Origin: Azolla caroliniana
Taxonomy: Eukaryota; Plantae; Polypodiophyta
DNA length: 64,000 nt
NCBI GenBank assembly: GCA_043228905.1
Contig: JBHGNT010000133.1
Span: forward strand, 6,402-70,401
Direction of reading: 5' to 3'
In this document: piece by piece, positions 39,160-52,829 of the stretch
How the letters are laid out: each line of letters begins with the position of its first letter
How positions within the stretch are numbered: the stretch's first letter is position 1
The notes under the pieces: generated by a model
What the model was told of the DNA's origin: nothing
The model's input: only the letters and a program-made list of their open reading frames with translations
The model's database searches: none
Program-made: the position numbers and the translations under genes

Positions 39160-40265
39160 TAATCGATATCATGATCTCACGTCAATACCCCTCTAGACGT
39201 ATGAGATGAGGTTCAAGATCAGGTTACTATGGTAACACAGAGGTGTTTTAAAAACCATGGGGGTGACAAATGAATGCCTTTCCCTGATCTCTATATCGAT
39301 TTTTTTCATGGCGGCTCCCCGAGGCTCAACCATGTATGTTCGCGTCATGAATAGTTTATACACGAAAAAAATGTTAACAATAACTATGTTTCTGTGCCCA
39401 CATATGTGGTTTCGGCTCTTTAAGTCCTATTACGAGGACCCCGAAGTGCACTTAGACCTAAAGTCTAAACATGTATTATAGTCATATGTATCAACGATGT
39501 TGTATGGTGTTGGTCATATTTGAACTCGAGACCTCGAGGACAAATACATTAAACACTTGAGCCAACCAAGTAGATTGCGCGTCTTGAATGTTTAATGTTT
39601 GAGGCGTATTCGAGATATGTGAGGCATTTGCCCCTATATGTTTTTTTTAAAAAGAAACATATAGGTCAAGTGGCCTTATTTCTCCCTCATTTATTACCCA
39701 CTATGGTTGTACGCTACCTACCCTCAAGCCTCGTAAGTACAATGGCATATGCCAAAGTGTAACCTAATGGTCAAGCCGAATGAGCCCTTGTGTCTTCGTA
39801 GGCTCATGTGGCCCATCACATGGTCACGTCATTACGAATGGCGCTCGTAAGAACGAGCTCATGGTGGCATCGTATCCATGTAACGAGGGGAGATGTTGGA
39901 TACGTGTGTCATTAGAGCGACCCTACTTGATGTGGATCAAGCCCGACGTATTCAACATCATTTTGGCTATACGAGGTTCGTTACGTAACGAAAGATCAAA
40001 GTGACCAACGGGAATTTCAACAATAAAAATTGTTGATAAAAGGGATGGTGACAATGCCATTCTCACAAAAATGTGAGGACGGCCACCAAAATCCTCTCCC
40101 CAATTAGGAAAACATTTGATATGAATCACGTAATCTAAAATATACACATATGTCAATATATCACATATATACGATCAGAGACGTATATAAGTGACCACAT
40201 ATGCGTATACTAAATGAATCGTTTTTTTTATATAGCCAACAATGATGTATTCGGGATACGTAATC

Positions 40266-40507
40266 GAGGCATATACCTCTACGCACACGAAACATCCGAA
40301 AATAAGGTTAAGCGTAATTCGCAATTGAGGTATTGACCTCTTACGCATAGTAAATCCAACGCATATCATTTCGAACGAATCGAGGTATTGACCTCGTACG
40401 CGAACGTAACATATGTTCGTGAACGTAATACGCAATTGAGGTAGTAACCTCGTACGCATACGACACTCATCACATATGATTTATATGTCAAACGAGGTAT
40501 TGACCTC
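40266..40507. repeat. Array of five palindromic GAGGT-N4-ACCTC-type motifs in the Gypsy 5' leader
   Basis: Cores at 40266, 40327, 40382, 40438 and 40494 (spacing 61, 55, 56, 56), separated by diverged spacers. Confidence 0.85.
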
Positions 40508-41339
40508 GTGGACATATGTAAACGTTTAAGATAACCAATTAAATACCACGTCAACATCATTGAATATATGAAAAAAAAACTACATATTAAGTATACACAT
40601 GTATAGAAGGGAGAAGAAAAATTAGATAAAAAATTAAGGAAAATTTACCGAAGTTCTTTCGCTAATCCTTGTCTGCATGAAGGCGACCGCACAACGATCA
40701 ATCGCCATCCCACGCGAAGACAAAAAGAAAACCAAAAGAAACGTTAGTACATAGGCTCTGATACCAAATATTAGAGATTAGGTACTAAAGTAAGCATAAA
40801 ATAAGGATATATCAATGATAGATCTAGAAAGAATAGAGAGAAAAGAGAGAAAGAAGGGTGCCGATCCACCCGACCACCCCCGAGCGAAGGGATCGAGACG
40901 GACTCGAGCCTCGATCGGCGTCCCATACCACCGCCTTGGCGTCGAGTCGTACCTGGACGATAGCGCGCTTGCTACAAGAGTCGTTCCACTCACGGACAGA
41001 GTCTCGACGTAGTCAATGCATGCCCAAATGAGGGTAGCTAGGCCTCTTATTTATAGTAATTCTCAAGGCCCCCAGCCATGTTCACACTTGGCCTCATGGG
41101 TTGTCTCAATCCCGAGGATTAAAAGTAATCCTCCCCTTCTTTAGACTCTTTGTTTAACCCTCACACTTATCCACGTGTATAGAATACTACGACAATTCTC
41201 ACCACGGGATATTATATGGTCATGCCCGTAACACTAACCATAAATTTCTCCATCCATTCATGAGGAGAAGGGACCTAAAAACGTTTTTCGATTCATGGAT
41301 ATTTGCAGCCTCCATGCCAATGAGAGATGGCTGAAATAA

Positions 41340-44200
41340 TACTTTGGACATCGGAATCGCTCCATTCCACAATATAACATTTCAGCTTGACAACTTTCCG
41401 AGTAGTTTTTGTGCTTTCAAAGGAGCACCACATTTAACATACATGCTGATCAAAACAGTTGCTACATATGAGCTTTTTCCAGCAACCCTTTTTCTCACAA
41501 TATATGCATGTACTCTAGAACCCTCACAAAGATCCTTCCACCAAGCACAAGCTTTGAGAAATGACACAACATTGAAATGTTCTTTTGACATTCTCTTCTT
41601 TTCTCTTAAATTTCCCCTGTTTTAAATTCAGTCACTGTGCTTAGCTTCACTAAGTTAAAATTTCATCAGCTTGATGATAGTTTCTCTAAAAGATGTGGGA
41701 TTAGAGATGAATCCATTATAGATGTCATTAAAATCAATCGGCCCTCGAAGTCGATCGTTTAACAATTTGCTCTATTACAATGAGAAGGTTTGTATTCCAA
41801 ACTCTCTAAGGTCAAAACAAATATTTTTTCATATCATTATATATCCTCATATGAGGACCTTGGACCTTGGAATACATGGAATATTCATTTGGATCTCTAG
41901 TGGGTATTTTTTCCCATAAAAAATATGCCCCATTGGTATTAAAATAGTCCACTATTACAATGAATATTGCATGTGAATGTGGTTGCATCAAGTTTTAGAC
42001 ATGATTTCAACATACATTTGAAACATTGGACAACCATATATCCATCGTGGTTTATTCCAAACCCTTTTATCATTGCATTCCAATATGCAATGTCCCTTGC
42101 AGATAGAGCATTGAAAATGTATTTTGTACTTCTTTGATGCTGCCACATTTGCCATAATCAAAGGCAAGCTTTATATTTCACAATCTTTGACAAGAACCTA
42201 ATAGTGCTACCCACGTTGGGAGATAGTCTAAAGTTAGAATATTCTCTATCAGTGCTATTGAATGCTCAAACAATCCAATCCGACCAAAAAGATCAACCAT
42301 GGATTTGTAATGCTCTGAAGTAGGGATAATGTTGTAGCATTTGCTCATCGACTCAATGTATAATTGGCCCATGCATGCATTAAGGACTACACTAAAAGTG
42401 ACCGCATTTGGTTCTATACCTTCTCCTCTCATTTTGTTGAATAACTCAATAGCCATCACCATAGCCTAGATGCCCATATCGAGCTATGAAGGTAGTCCAA
42501 GATACCACATTTTGGCACTGAATCTCATTAAATTCAATTTGAGCTTTTTCAATTATGCCGCATTTTGCATCAGACATATCCGCCAATGCATTGCCCAATC
42601 AAGATATCTTCTTGCAATTGCCCATTTATTATCTTGGAATGTATTTCTTTGCCCCTATTAATTTGCTCCAAAGCTACCAGATGCTTTCAACATACAAACA
42701 TGAGCAACTACATTCGGCATAACAATCTCACAGTGCATTCTTTCAAAGCATTGAAGCGCCTCTTCTCCATGCCCTCAATGTGCATATCCTGAAACAAGTG
42801 TTGTCCAAGAGAGTCACAATATTTTGAACCAAAAGCTCATCAAACACTTACTGTGCTTTTGTGAGCATATATTACATTTACTGTACATATCCACCATGAA
42901 TGCATTGCAAACTTGAGTATTTTGTTCCCTCATCCTTAAATCCTCTATTGATAAATTCATGTATTTCGATACCCTTGTCCAATGCTCTTGTGCTGCTACA
43001 GGCTTTCAAGATACAAATGATAGTGACCTCATTGGGCCATTGGCCCTCATGTTGCATTTGTTTCAAGCAACTGACGGAATGCTTCTTCAACAAGTTACTC
43101 TTGGGCATAGCCAGAAATGAGTGTAGTGTCTCCAAGCTTAACTTCTTCAAGCACCTTTCTTGCTCTAAAAAGTGCACCACATTTGACAAACATATGAACA
43201 ATTCATTCTGAAGTAGAATCTCTAAATTATCAAACAACTCTTCTTTATGAAGCCGAGCATGTATCATTTGGCCCTTCTTGACCTCCCCTAGATTACCACA
43301 ACTCTTTAAGATGCAAAAATAAGTGACCATATTTAGCAAAATGCTCTCGCGTTGCAATGATCCAAAATGATTCAATGTTTCTTCATCTTGCCCATATTGA
43401 ATATTTCCTGTGATAATTGTTTTCCAAAAAGTCACATCTCTAACTAGAAATCCACTAAAAATCTCTCTTGCATGAGTGAGTCCACCACATTTGGCATACA
43501 TATCCACCAATGCATTGCCTACCATAATATTATTCTTTACCAATGGCTGGCTTAGAATCTTGGTGTGTACTTCCTTCCCTATGTTGATGCTCACACATGG
43601 TTTTAAGACAAAAACAAAGTAGTTGCATCCGGAGACAAGCCCTCACAACTCATCGATATGACCATTTCAATGCTTCTTCGGCATGCTCATGTTTAACAAA
43701 ATTTGCAATCAAAAAATTCCAAGCTATTCCATCTTGATCTTGAAGGTTATCAAAGACTTCTTGTGGTTTCGCAAGTGCCCCACATTTACCATACATATCC
43801 ACCAATTCAGTTCCAGTCAATCTACTCTTATCCAGAAACAAAAGGCTCTCTTTAATAATCTCACTGTTTACATTTTGACCCTTATCAAGGCTTCAAATTA
43901 TACCACAAGCTTTCAAGATAGAGAGAAACGAGACCACATCAGGTCACAGGCAACACTCCCTCTCTCTACATTTGTTCAAAGAAATCAAGTGCTTTCTAGC
44001 CATCTCCATGTTTGGCATACCCACATTTTATGTACATATCCACCAATGTCGTGATACTTGTGCTTCAACTAGCAAGCCACATTTCCCACACATAACAACT
44101 AATGAATTTGCAATGAAGACATCTTTATCAAGAGCATACAAAACAATACGTGAATGTATTTCTTGATTATTTTCTATGTTGCTACATGGTTTCAAGCTAC
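41340..44200 (-). pseudogene. Fragmented PLS-class pentatricopeptide repeat (PPR) gene
   Basis: Repeated ALVDMYAKCG / LVDMYGKCG / WNAMIKGF motifs and an E-domain-like EHYKSMVDLFGRIG...WVALLGSC, spread over several frames with stops. Confidence 0.8.
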
Positions 44201-44249
44201 AAACAAGTGAAATTTCAAACTAATTAATATAAAACTATCCGTTTTCCTG

Positions 44250-45760
44250 CCAAAACTACTCCTCTACGTTTTCTTTCCTTGACAACTCATAATTGTCATC
44301 TAGTTGTCATCATATCTTTACCAAAGTATTTATGTGAACGGATTGACATCACTTTTTCCAATGGAGGGGTCTCACCTGTAACCAAGGATACTGTCGAAAA
44401 TGAGAAATCATTATTATTTTGAGGAATCATCGTCTCCTTAACCAAGAGAGACTTATGTTTCGATGTATCCTCCTCATAAATTATTAAAGATAACTACTTT
44501 TCACAATCCATGACAACACCTGAACAATCAATCTGTCGCCCCTTGTCCCTAGTCACCGGGTGTGGCAAGGATTGAAGGATCTGCTTACCTTTGTCCCTCA
44601 ATTGATTACCTTTGTTCGGCACACTAGACGAAACCTCTAACTTATGATGTCTTGCAAGGGACACCTGAGAAGGAATTTCTTTCACCGTAGAAGTTGTTTT
44701 AGGGGCATCCAATAAAAATATAGAATTGACTGGAGAGTTTAAATGTTTAAATGTATGCTTCACTACGACTGGAGTCCAATCGGATTTCCCAACCCTAGAA
44801 GTCAATTTATAGGCCTCATATGATCGATAACGCTTCTGAGGACAATCCTTCCCTAAAAGCCCAAAATGTCTACATATGAAACATTGATCCGGAAGCCCCT
44901 GACACATAATCCTCTAGGACAACATCTCCTTATTTTCTTGCAGATTTGGCAACAAAACTGAAGATGATTTAAGACGTTATTCCTGGGTGCCAAAATCCTC
45001 ACAACTGGTGCTCCTCGTATACGATCATCCTCCTACGAAGCCTCGTCTTTAATAGCTATTATTGTACCTAAAAGAAGCCTTTTTGGGGTAACACTTGGCG
45101 TCATTCTTTCTTCAATCTTGAGAAAAAGGCTATAAAGATCATCTAGGTTTCTTTGTGCTATAGGATATCGTCTGCAACCATATTGTGAGTCCACTTGTAG
45201 AAAGATATCCAAGCACCTTGCAACGATGTATTCTTGATCTTCAACAAATGATCAACAGGCGAAGGATTGGTAAACTCCAAATGGTAACTGTTGATGGGTG
45301 GGGGGTGGAGCCAAGATCGGCTCCACCCCCCTCCCAAGGGGGTTCGAATGTGAGGGGAAAGAGGGAGAGAGACATTGAGAGAGAGTGAGAGATAGGGAAT
45401 CGAGACAGACACAGTTGAGGGGTAACTTCAATATATTTCTCCTTCCTTCTTTCATGCCCCATGGGTTGGGTTTAAATAGTACAAGATTTAATCAAGACAT
45501 TACAAAAAGCTGAATGGGGGTAGTTACACCTACTTACCCCACCTCACACTCACACATTAACATTTTATATTGCACCTTACAGATTACACACGTTATACAT
45601 TACACCATTAACCCGCTCGTACACCTATACGGGTAATAGTAACATCCTTTGCCCATGAATTGGATGTCCACAATAGTGTTGATTTCTTCTGGGAAGGTCG
45701 CGTACAACATACGACACAACTCAGGCCTATTCAGTCTCGATCCTTCCATATGCACCATCA
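44250..45760 (-). mobile_element. L1-type LINE ORF1 fragment, split by a solo LTR
   Basis: GLPDQCFICRHFGLLGKDCP zinc-knuckle-like motif; DIQFMGKGC|YHLEF...GAWISFYKW rejoins in frame when 45289-45643 is removed. Confidence 0.7.
45289..45638 (-). mobile_element. Solo LTR (350 bp) with 5-bp TSD GTAAC
   Basis: GTAAC at 45284-45288 and 45639-45643; ends TGTTG...TAATA (terminal CA mutated); TATA-like CTATTTAAA on the minus strand near 45475; perfect 12-bp GC hairpin at 45301-45331. Confidence 0.8.
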
Positions 45761-45789
45761 GATAGACCACCTCCAACCACTTCTCTACC

Positions 45790-47290
45790 GGGTTTTTTTG
45801 GCCTAGATTACGTCATGATTGCAATTTTATGTAGTCAAATGTTTGTAATGTCAAGTAAATCAGACAAAGTAGATTCATGGTACATGTCTTTTAGATCCAT
45901 TCAATATGCGTACTAAAGAATTGGAAAGCATATCCATGGATTTTATAAGCTTGACTCTATATGGGTTGCAATTAATAAACTAATAAATCGAGCCAAACTT
46001 ACACCAACTAAAATGGCAATAACATCTCATGAATTTTCTTCTAAATTCTTTGACAAGTTGTTCTTATTTTTTGGGTTACCAATGTTTGTAGTTAGTGATA
46101 GAGATTCTAAGTTTATTGGTGAATTTTGACTCAAATCTTTAAAAAGTTGGAAACTACTTTGAACATGGTTTCCTCCTCACATTGACAAATTGAATGACTC
46201 CATCAAAATCATAGTACGTAATATACTCGAATGCATTGGCATACATTCCTTTTCATACGAATGCATATGTTATCAAAACATTCTTATGTTTTTTTTTTCT
46301 ACACTTTTTACCTGAACTTTCTTACCTTAAATAAAAACCTTATAATAGATAATGAAAAAAAGAAAGTATGGTATTTACCATACTTTGAGGGTGTTTACCA
46401 TACTCGAATGCGAATGCACGCATGGTACGTAGGGTTCATACTATGATCAAAATATTAAGGATATATTTTGAACCTATGTGCCAAAGAAACCATCAAAATG
46501 GGAACAATATGTCCATCTCCCCTTATTGGAGTTTGCGTATATCAACTCTAAACATTCTTTAACAAAACGTGGTCCTTTTTTTGTCAATGTATGGCATTTG
46601 TCCACAAATCCCTTCAATGTTTATTTCCATCAAAATGAATTAAAGAGTATACAATATTGTTATTTTTATGCATGAAATGTTGCATAGTGCATGAGATAAT
46701 GTTAATGCAACTAAAATGTCAACCATAATAGGCATCCTTGTATTTTTACCTCTAGTAAAAAAGTGTTTTTGCATATATGTACAACCAAATTCAAAAGCTT
46801 TATTTATGGGTAAGTGTGCTAATTAGGCCCATGTTACTGTGGACATTTCACAATACTAAAGCGCATTAGTTTATTTACATATTATCTCAATCTTGCCAAT
46901 GGTGTCAATGTTCTTTGTGTTTATGATGCTAGTTGCCTTGAAGAGCGTTGTTGTCACAAAATGTAGTAACCATTACAATTTCTAACGATTCAAGAGGATT
47001 TATCTTCTAAGCCAAAAAAATGCTGATGTTTGAACTAAAAATTTGAGAATTAAACATATCTAAATGTCAATTTTAAATGGTTACATCAATTTATGCATGG
47101 CTCCACTTGGGAGCAAGTGCAATATAACATCCTTAAATTTGATTTATTATTGCAAGAGTGCAATATGTTCATAATAAGGAGAATGTTATACATGGCTCCA
47201 CTTGGGAGCAAGTGCAATATAACATCCATAATTTTGATTTATTACTGCAAGAGTGCAATATGTTCGTAATAAGGAGAATGTTATATGGAC
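45790..47290 (+). mobile_element. Degenerate Gypsy integrase plus chromodomain-like tail
   Basis: ESISMDFI; FFGLPMFVVSDRDSKF; KWEQYVHLPLLEFAYINSKHS; KW...STWE near 47075-47115. The last ~97 bp are tandemly duplicated. Confidence 0.7.
46210..46445. mobile_element. hAT-like MITE (236 bp), 8-bp TSD ATCAAAAT
   Basis: TSD at 46202-46209 and 46446-46453; TIR CATAGTA...TACTATG; interrupts the integrase relic. Confidence 0.75.
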
Positions 47291-48126
47291 AACCTTAAGA
47301 ACAATTTCTAAAGGCTAATTTCAATGGTTGGTATAATATTGCCCATTAATTACATGAAGGAATTGAGTAAGCGATGATCAACTACAAATGTTGTAACTAC
47401 TTGAGGGTTAACCACACTTAGACTCACATAGTATGATGATTGACATTTTTCTTACACACACTTAGACTCACATAGTATGCTGATTGACATTTTTCTTACA
47501 CAACTACACCAAAAAAACCTAACTCTACCCTATGTAAAGTCGCTAGAGTTCGATTAACCTCCAAGTTCGAGGTAACGACATATATACTAGGTATTGGCCA
47601 TAATTTGAAGGAACATTCAATGATCTTTGTGAGACGTGGACTATGTGCAATGTACCAAAACTGCTATGGTAGAATTTTCATTATTTGTATAAACTACAAA
47701 TTGACTCATCCACACAAATGTAGTTAACCACTCAAAAATGTTGGAGAAAGCAACGGTGGTGAGGAATCGAAGCCCTTAGGGAACTCGATAATGAATCACA
47801 CTTTCAATCAACTACTTAGAAGTTTTGAGCACATGACAATAAGCAAATGGGTAAATAATCATTAATTAAACATCATTAAGAGAGACAAGGTGGTAGTGCA
47901 TATAACAATGATAATCTATCACAAAATTAGACGATGTCGAGGCGACGGAAGGTTGCGGGGTGGGCTAAAGTGAAATGGGCAGCCCAACAATAGGAGAAGC
48001 AAGGCAAGAGAGGGGCAAGGGTATTAATGCAATTTCGGAAACTGCAGGGGTATGTTTGTAAATACACAAAATATATGAGATATGTCTAGAAACAGAGCAG
48101 AGAGAGACAGAGTTGGTCTTGGAGCG

Positions 48127-49473
48127 ATGGAATGGAGATGGGCGATCGTGGCCATGGCGATTTGTGCTCTTCCTCTTGCCTCTCCCACCTTCGCAGCAGA
48201 CACCCCTCAATACACTGTTATTCACACTGAAGAATCGGCATCCTTCGAGATTCGTCTCTACAGATCCTCCGCGTGGATGACTGCTCCCATCCTGCACCAG
48301 GCTTCTTTCCAACACGCTACTTACATGGGAGCTCACAAGTGTGCTGATTTCTTTCATAACCCACGTATATATGTGGATTCGCGTAATTATACATACATAC
48401 GTACATATACGCATATACGCATATATACATACATACATACATACACATATACACATATACATATGTACTTGCATAAACGTGCACATCCGCATATAAATAC
48501 ATACATACTTGCATAAACGTGCACATCCACATATAAATACATACATACTTGCATAAACGTGCACATCCCCATATAAATACATACATACATACATACATAT
48601 GTGCATATGCACACATGTGAACCTATGCAAAAGATATGGTAAAGAGCTTATGGTTCTGCAGTTAAAAATAAATAAGAAGCAATAGAACTTTCCAAGTTGA
48701 TGACAATGTAACCATAACTGTCGATGGTGAGTTTTGTATGGAAAAGTTCAAAATAGATGAGAAGAATCTTATAAGCTTGCTCCCACCTCCAACAAGTAGG
48801 CAACATAATTTTGTTTCATTGTTACAACACACCAATGGGCAAGATCCTAAGTAGATATCCTTAAAGAAATAAGTGTTCCTTAAGAGGCAAAAAAAATCGT
48901 TTATGCCCCTTGATTTTTGCATATACCACACATTATTACAAAATGTTTTCAATCATGGCTCAATGATGGTTCGGGTTGCAATCCTATATACATTGTTTTG
49001 GCTGATACAGTTCTGTAGAGGATGACTAGATGCTGAAAACAGATGCCAATCGTCAGGTGCATGGGGGGTATAGTCTGAATTAAGATGTCAACTCTCATTC
49101 TACAGGGCCATATGACGCATACCGAGGCAAAATGTTTGTCTTGCATCTGATAAAGATAATATATTTCCATCATTTGTGACTATTCTGGTGTGGTTCTTTA
49201 TCCCTTTGAGAGCGAAGTAGCTCTACAGGTCTTCTTTTGGCTAGCGGCTCTAGAAAAACAAAAATCTAATGGGAACGTGTAAGCTGAAATGTTTCATTCA
49301 TATTTTCATAAACCAATCAAGTTTAGGGAGAAATGGGTCTCCCCATCTTTTTCTGCTATGTCCCAGAGTGTTACATTCTTAGAGATAAGTCTTTTGAAAC
49401 ATCCACTGGTGAGGTTCAAACTTACTTTCTTTCAATTTGATGACTTTGTTGCATCAGTGTAAACCATTGAACT

Positions 49474-49538
<65 letters not shown>

Positions 49539-50040
49539 TTTGCACATTCATTACAGGCTATTTCAATACATTCAAGGTGCGAATATGAATTTCTCCAGGA
49601 TCCCTATGTCATTTCCAATCCTTACAGGCATTGTCCCCGATTCTGGTCCCTTTGGCTCCCCAAGTTTTATTGTCCGCTTCTTCTTGCCTACACAATATCA
49701 AGAGTCTCCTCCAGTACCACTTACAGAGCTTCAGCTACACGTAGAATATTGGGATAGTTTGTGTGTTGCTGTTAGGAGCTTCTCAGGTTTTGCTCTTGAT
49801 GAAATCATTGCCAAGGAAGCCAATCTCCTTGAAACTGGCTTGAAAAAGTCGCCTTGGGCAAATGTCACTATGGGTAGCAGCCATAGTGGTAATCATGATG
49901 CATATACTATTTCACGATACAACATATCGCCGTTGAAACACGGGGCAAGGAAGAACGAAGTCTGGGTTACTTTGAGTGGACCCTTGATCACTGATCAATG
50001 TGGGACAATCAATGAAAGTGATCATATTTCTGCATTGTAA
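48127..50040 (+). CDS. SOUL heme-binding family protein with signal-peptide-like N-terminus, 2 exons (48127-48338, 49557-50040), ~231 aa
   Basis: DTPQYTVIH...FEIRLYRSSAWM...AHK|LFQYIQGANMNFSRIPM...VRFFLP...AVRSFSGFA...KNEVWV; the phase-2 GT-AG intron joins in frame. An upstream in-frame ATG exists at 48082. Confidence 0.9.
48467..48590. repeat. 40-bp tandem repeat x3 within (TACA)-rich intron sequence
   Basis: acttgcataaacgtgcacatccNcatataaatacatacat repeated three times. Confidence 0.85.
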
Positions 50041-52829
50041 GCACTGTGAATGCCCTTCACTTGGGCATGCTGCATATTGTACATATCCTACTAGCAAAAG
50101 TCAATTTCGGTGAACATCAAATGTTACAATTTGTATTTATTATTGTATATGGTTAATTGGCCTCAATGCTTACACGGCATTTGTAAAAATATCCTCCATC
50201 TTTAATGATGAAGTTTGTATAGTTAAACATGCATCTAAAGTTCAAATTATGAGACATTATTTGTGCATGATGGATATGAAGTGACAATTATTCTTTGTAT
50301 GAATAAGTTGGAAAGCGTATATGCACTTCTTACAAGTAAAATAGTTCATCTAAACCAAAGATGGAGCCTAATATAAATCCTTTATATTGACAACTGAGCT
50401 TAACTATGAATTAGGCTTTGGTAATTTGTTGATAATTTGTCTCCTAATTATTGTAAGTACACTATGGTTTATGCTATATAGTTCAGTCATTATACACTTC
50501 CTTGCTAGTCAACGAACATGGACTATTATGCATGTGTAAAGTTAGTATTTTTGTGTAGATATTTTGGGGTTTTCGATTGTGGCTGGAGGCTTTGGTATAT
50601 ATATCATCAAAGTCCATAATATATTCACCAATATAGTAGATCAAAAGTTTTGCTATATCCATTTCTATTCATATACGGTTCACCATTATAATTTAATACT
50701 CAATGTTGTGTATATTTTTGTGTTCGTCTTCATTGATGAATGTATTATGTGTGACTGTATGTTTGCATTTGTGCATTTTTTGCTTACTCATGATTGCAGA
50801 ACGAAGTGCAGGATTTTCCTACGAAGAGCGTGTATTTGTTGAGTGAAGTTATGACGAGCATGTATTTGTCGAGTGTATTTATGCAGAATCTCTTTCTTTT
50901 CGTTTCAGGTGCAATCATTGGTTTCAAATTACTAATGCTGGCCAAAAGCACCTCCACAGCATATTTCAAGTTCTGAAGCATTGATGAAAAGTCAAACCAG
51001 TTTCAATCAGCACAACCTCCAGGTTATCGTGAATGGTTGCCAGAAACAGCAAAATCACATATCTTAAGTCATCAACCAACAAAAGGTAAGCTTAGCATTA
51101 TCAATGGTGATTCTGACAGTTGAACAGCTTATTTTTGGAAGTGACACCAAAAGATACTATTGCCGATGATTATAAGGATGAAATGATTTTGAAATGCCTG
51201 ATTCTTTTGGGATTCCATCACCTACATCAAATTCTGCCTGGTCCATGTCTACTACCAAGGTTGAGACACTTGTGCCACTTGATTCAAACAAAACCAATAT
51301 CCATGCATCTGGATTTAGGTTCCGATGGTGGTGGCAACATCAAGATCAAAAGTCAATCCTCACTTATTGGACGAGAAGAAAGCACTAGGATTTGAGTATC
51401 AAGTCTTCTTGGTGTACCATAATAACAGGGCTCATGTATTGTATGGGAAAGCTTTGACCATTTATATAATTATGTACGGACATCCATCCACTCGCACAGA
51501 TCATTACAATGTCTGTCCATTCATAAGTAATTTGGACGTAATGAAAGCGGTGATCTCTCCAGTTTCAAATAATTCAAATTCCATGAAAGGGATGTTCGTT
51601 TTGAGCACAATATGCAGATTTCCTTTCTAATGGCCATATAAAAAGAAAATTGTAGAGCAAATTTGGTAGCAGGGTTGATATCTCTGGCAGTAACCATTTA
51701 GTGCTGCGTACAGGTGCTAGAATAGTTAGTATGAAAAGTTAAAAAGTTAACGTCATGAGGCTTGCTTTTGTATGATGATTACATGAGTCATCCATGAATG
51801 CTGTCAATATTTGTTTATCAGTGTTTGTAACCATGATGTGATAAACCTAATCTGGGTTCTATTGAGTCTATTGAGGAATCTACTGAGCCTATGGTTGACA
51901 ATATCATTGACATGCAGATGTTACAGAGCTTCTGTTTTAAGGCCAAAATTTAATGCCAAACTACTGTAGATGTTAGGATTTGTGACTTGACCTTTATTTG
52001 TAGTTACAAACTACACTATGAAGACATGGCTACTATTTTGGATGTTTCTGAAACACATGCTCAAACAAGTAAAAATGCTAGTGTGAATCAAAGGCAAAGT
52101 GTGCTGACTTGCAAGATGTATTCAAGTGTATGACGTTGGATCAGTTTCCACTACTTAAATATGATGTGAAATAAATTCCAAAAATACAGGCTCATGGGTT
52201 CTTTACAATAAAAAACGCATTGAAGTCCAGTAGATTTTATGTATAATTTCTCGATCAAGTCTTTGAGAAAAGGATTATATTTATATTTTGCAAAAAGATA
52301 ATGTGGACATTTGTCTCCCATCAAATTAAGCCAAAGATGCATTGATTTTAAATTTCTTGTGTCAGTATGAATTAGATACAAACTATATTCCATATTGGAA
52401 TGCATGTATACCTTTTGGTTGAATTGTACTTATTCTCCTACACAATAAATGGAGTCTCTGGTGGAAAAATATATCTCCAACTCATTGCATGGATATTGAA
52501 ATGGAAGAATAAAAAATTAATAGAGTTTCCTATTTAGGAAATGAATAAACCAACAGTAGATTTAAGGTTTCAGTATTTCCCCTAGATTAGGGCTTCTTTA
52601 ACTGTTTGCAACATTATTAACGAAGAATTTGATATTCCAAATAACTTGAGTTTCAGGTAAAATTTGGATATGTATCATCCACCAAATGTTTCAAGTTCAT
52701 TTTACACCCAAACCCTTACCTCAATTCAAACCCATGTTATACATTTACAAACCCTCCCCACCCCATTTGAAACGTGTCTCAACTCTCTATCACTATCTCT
52801 ATACAGTCTTAAAGACATAAATTTCCTCT

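Larger units (their letters stand above)
29864..41239 (-). mobile_element. Young chromovirus-like Ty3/Gypsy element, 3'-truncated inside integrase and interrupted by element B
   Basis: 5' LTR ~40769-41239 (TATA-like CTATAAATAAGAGG near 41050); tRNA-iMet PBS TGGTATCAGAGCC at 40754-40766; ~1.6-kb leader; gag-pol ORF; no 3' LTR in the window. Confidence 0.9.

Noticed and set aside
40266-40507. CRISPR array
   Set aside because: Short cores, mutually related spacers, located in a plant retrotransposon leader, no cas genes; kept only as a hairpin array.
50790-51090. Exon-like segment with AG/GT borders between SOUL and GUF1
   Set aside because: No frame stays open across it and no homology is recognisable; needs RNA-seq.
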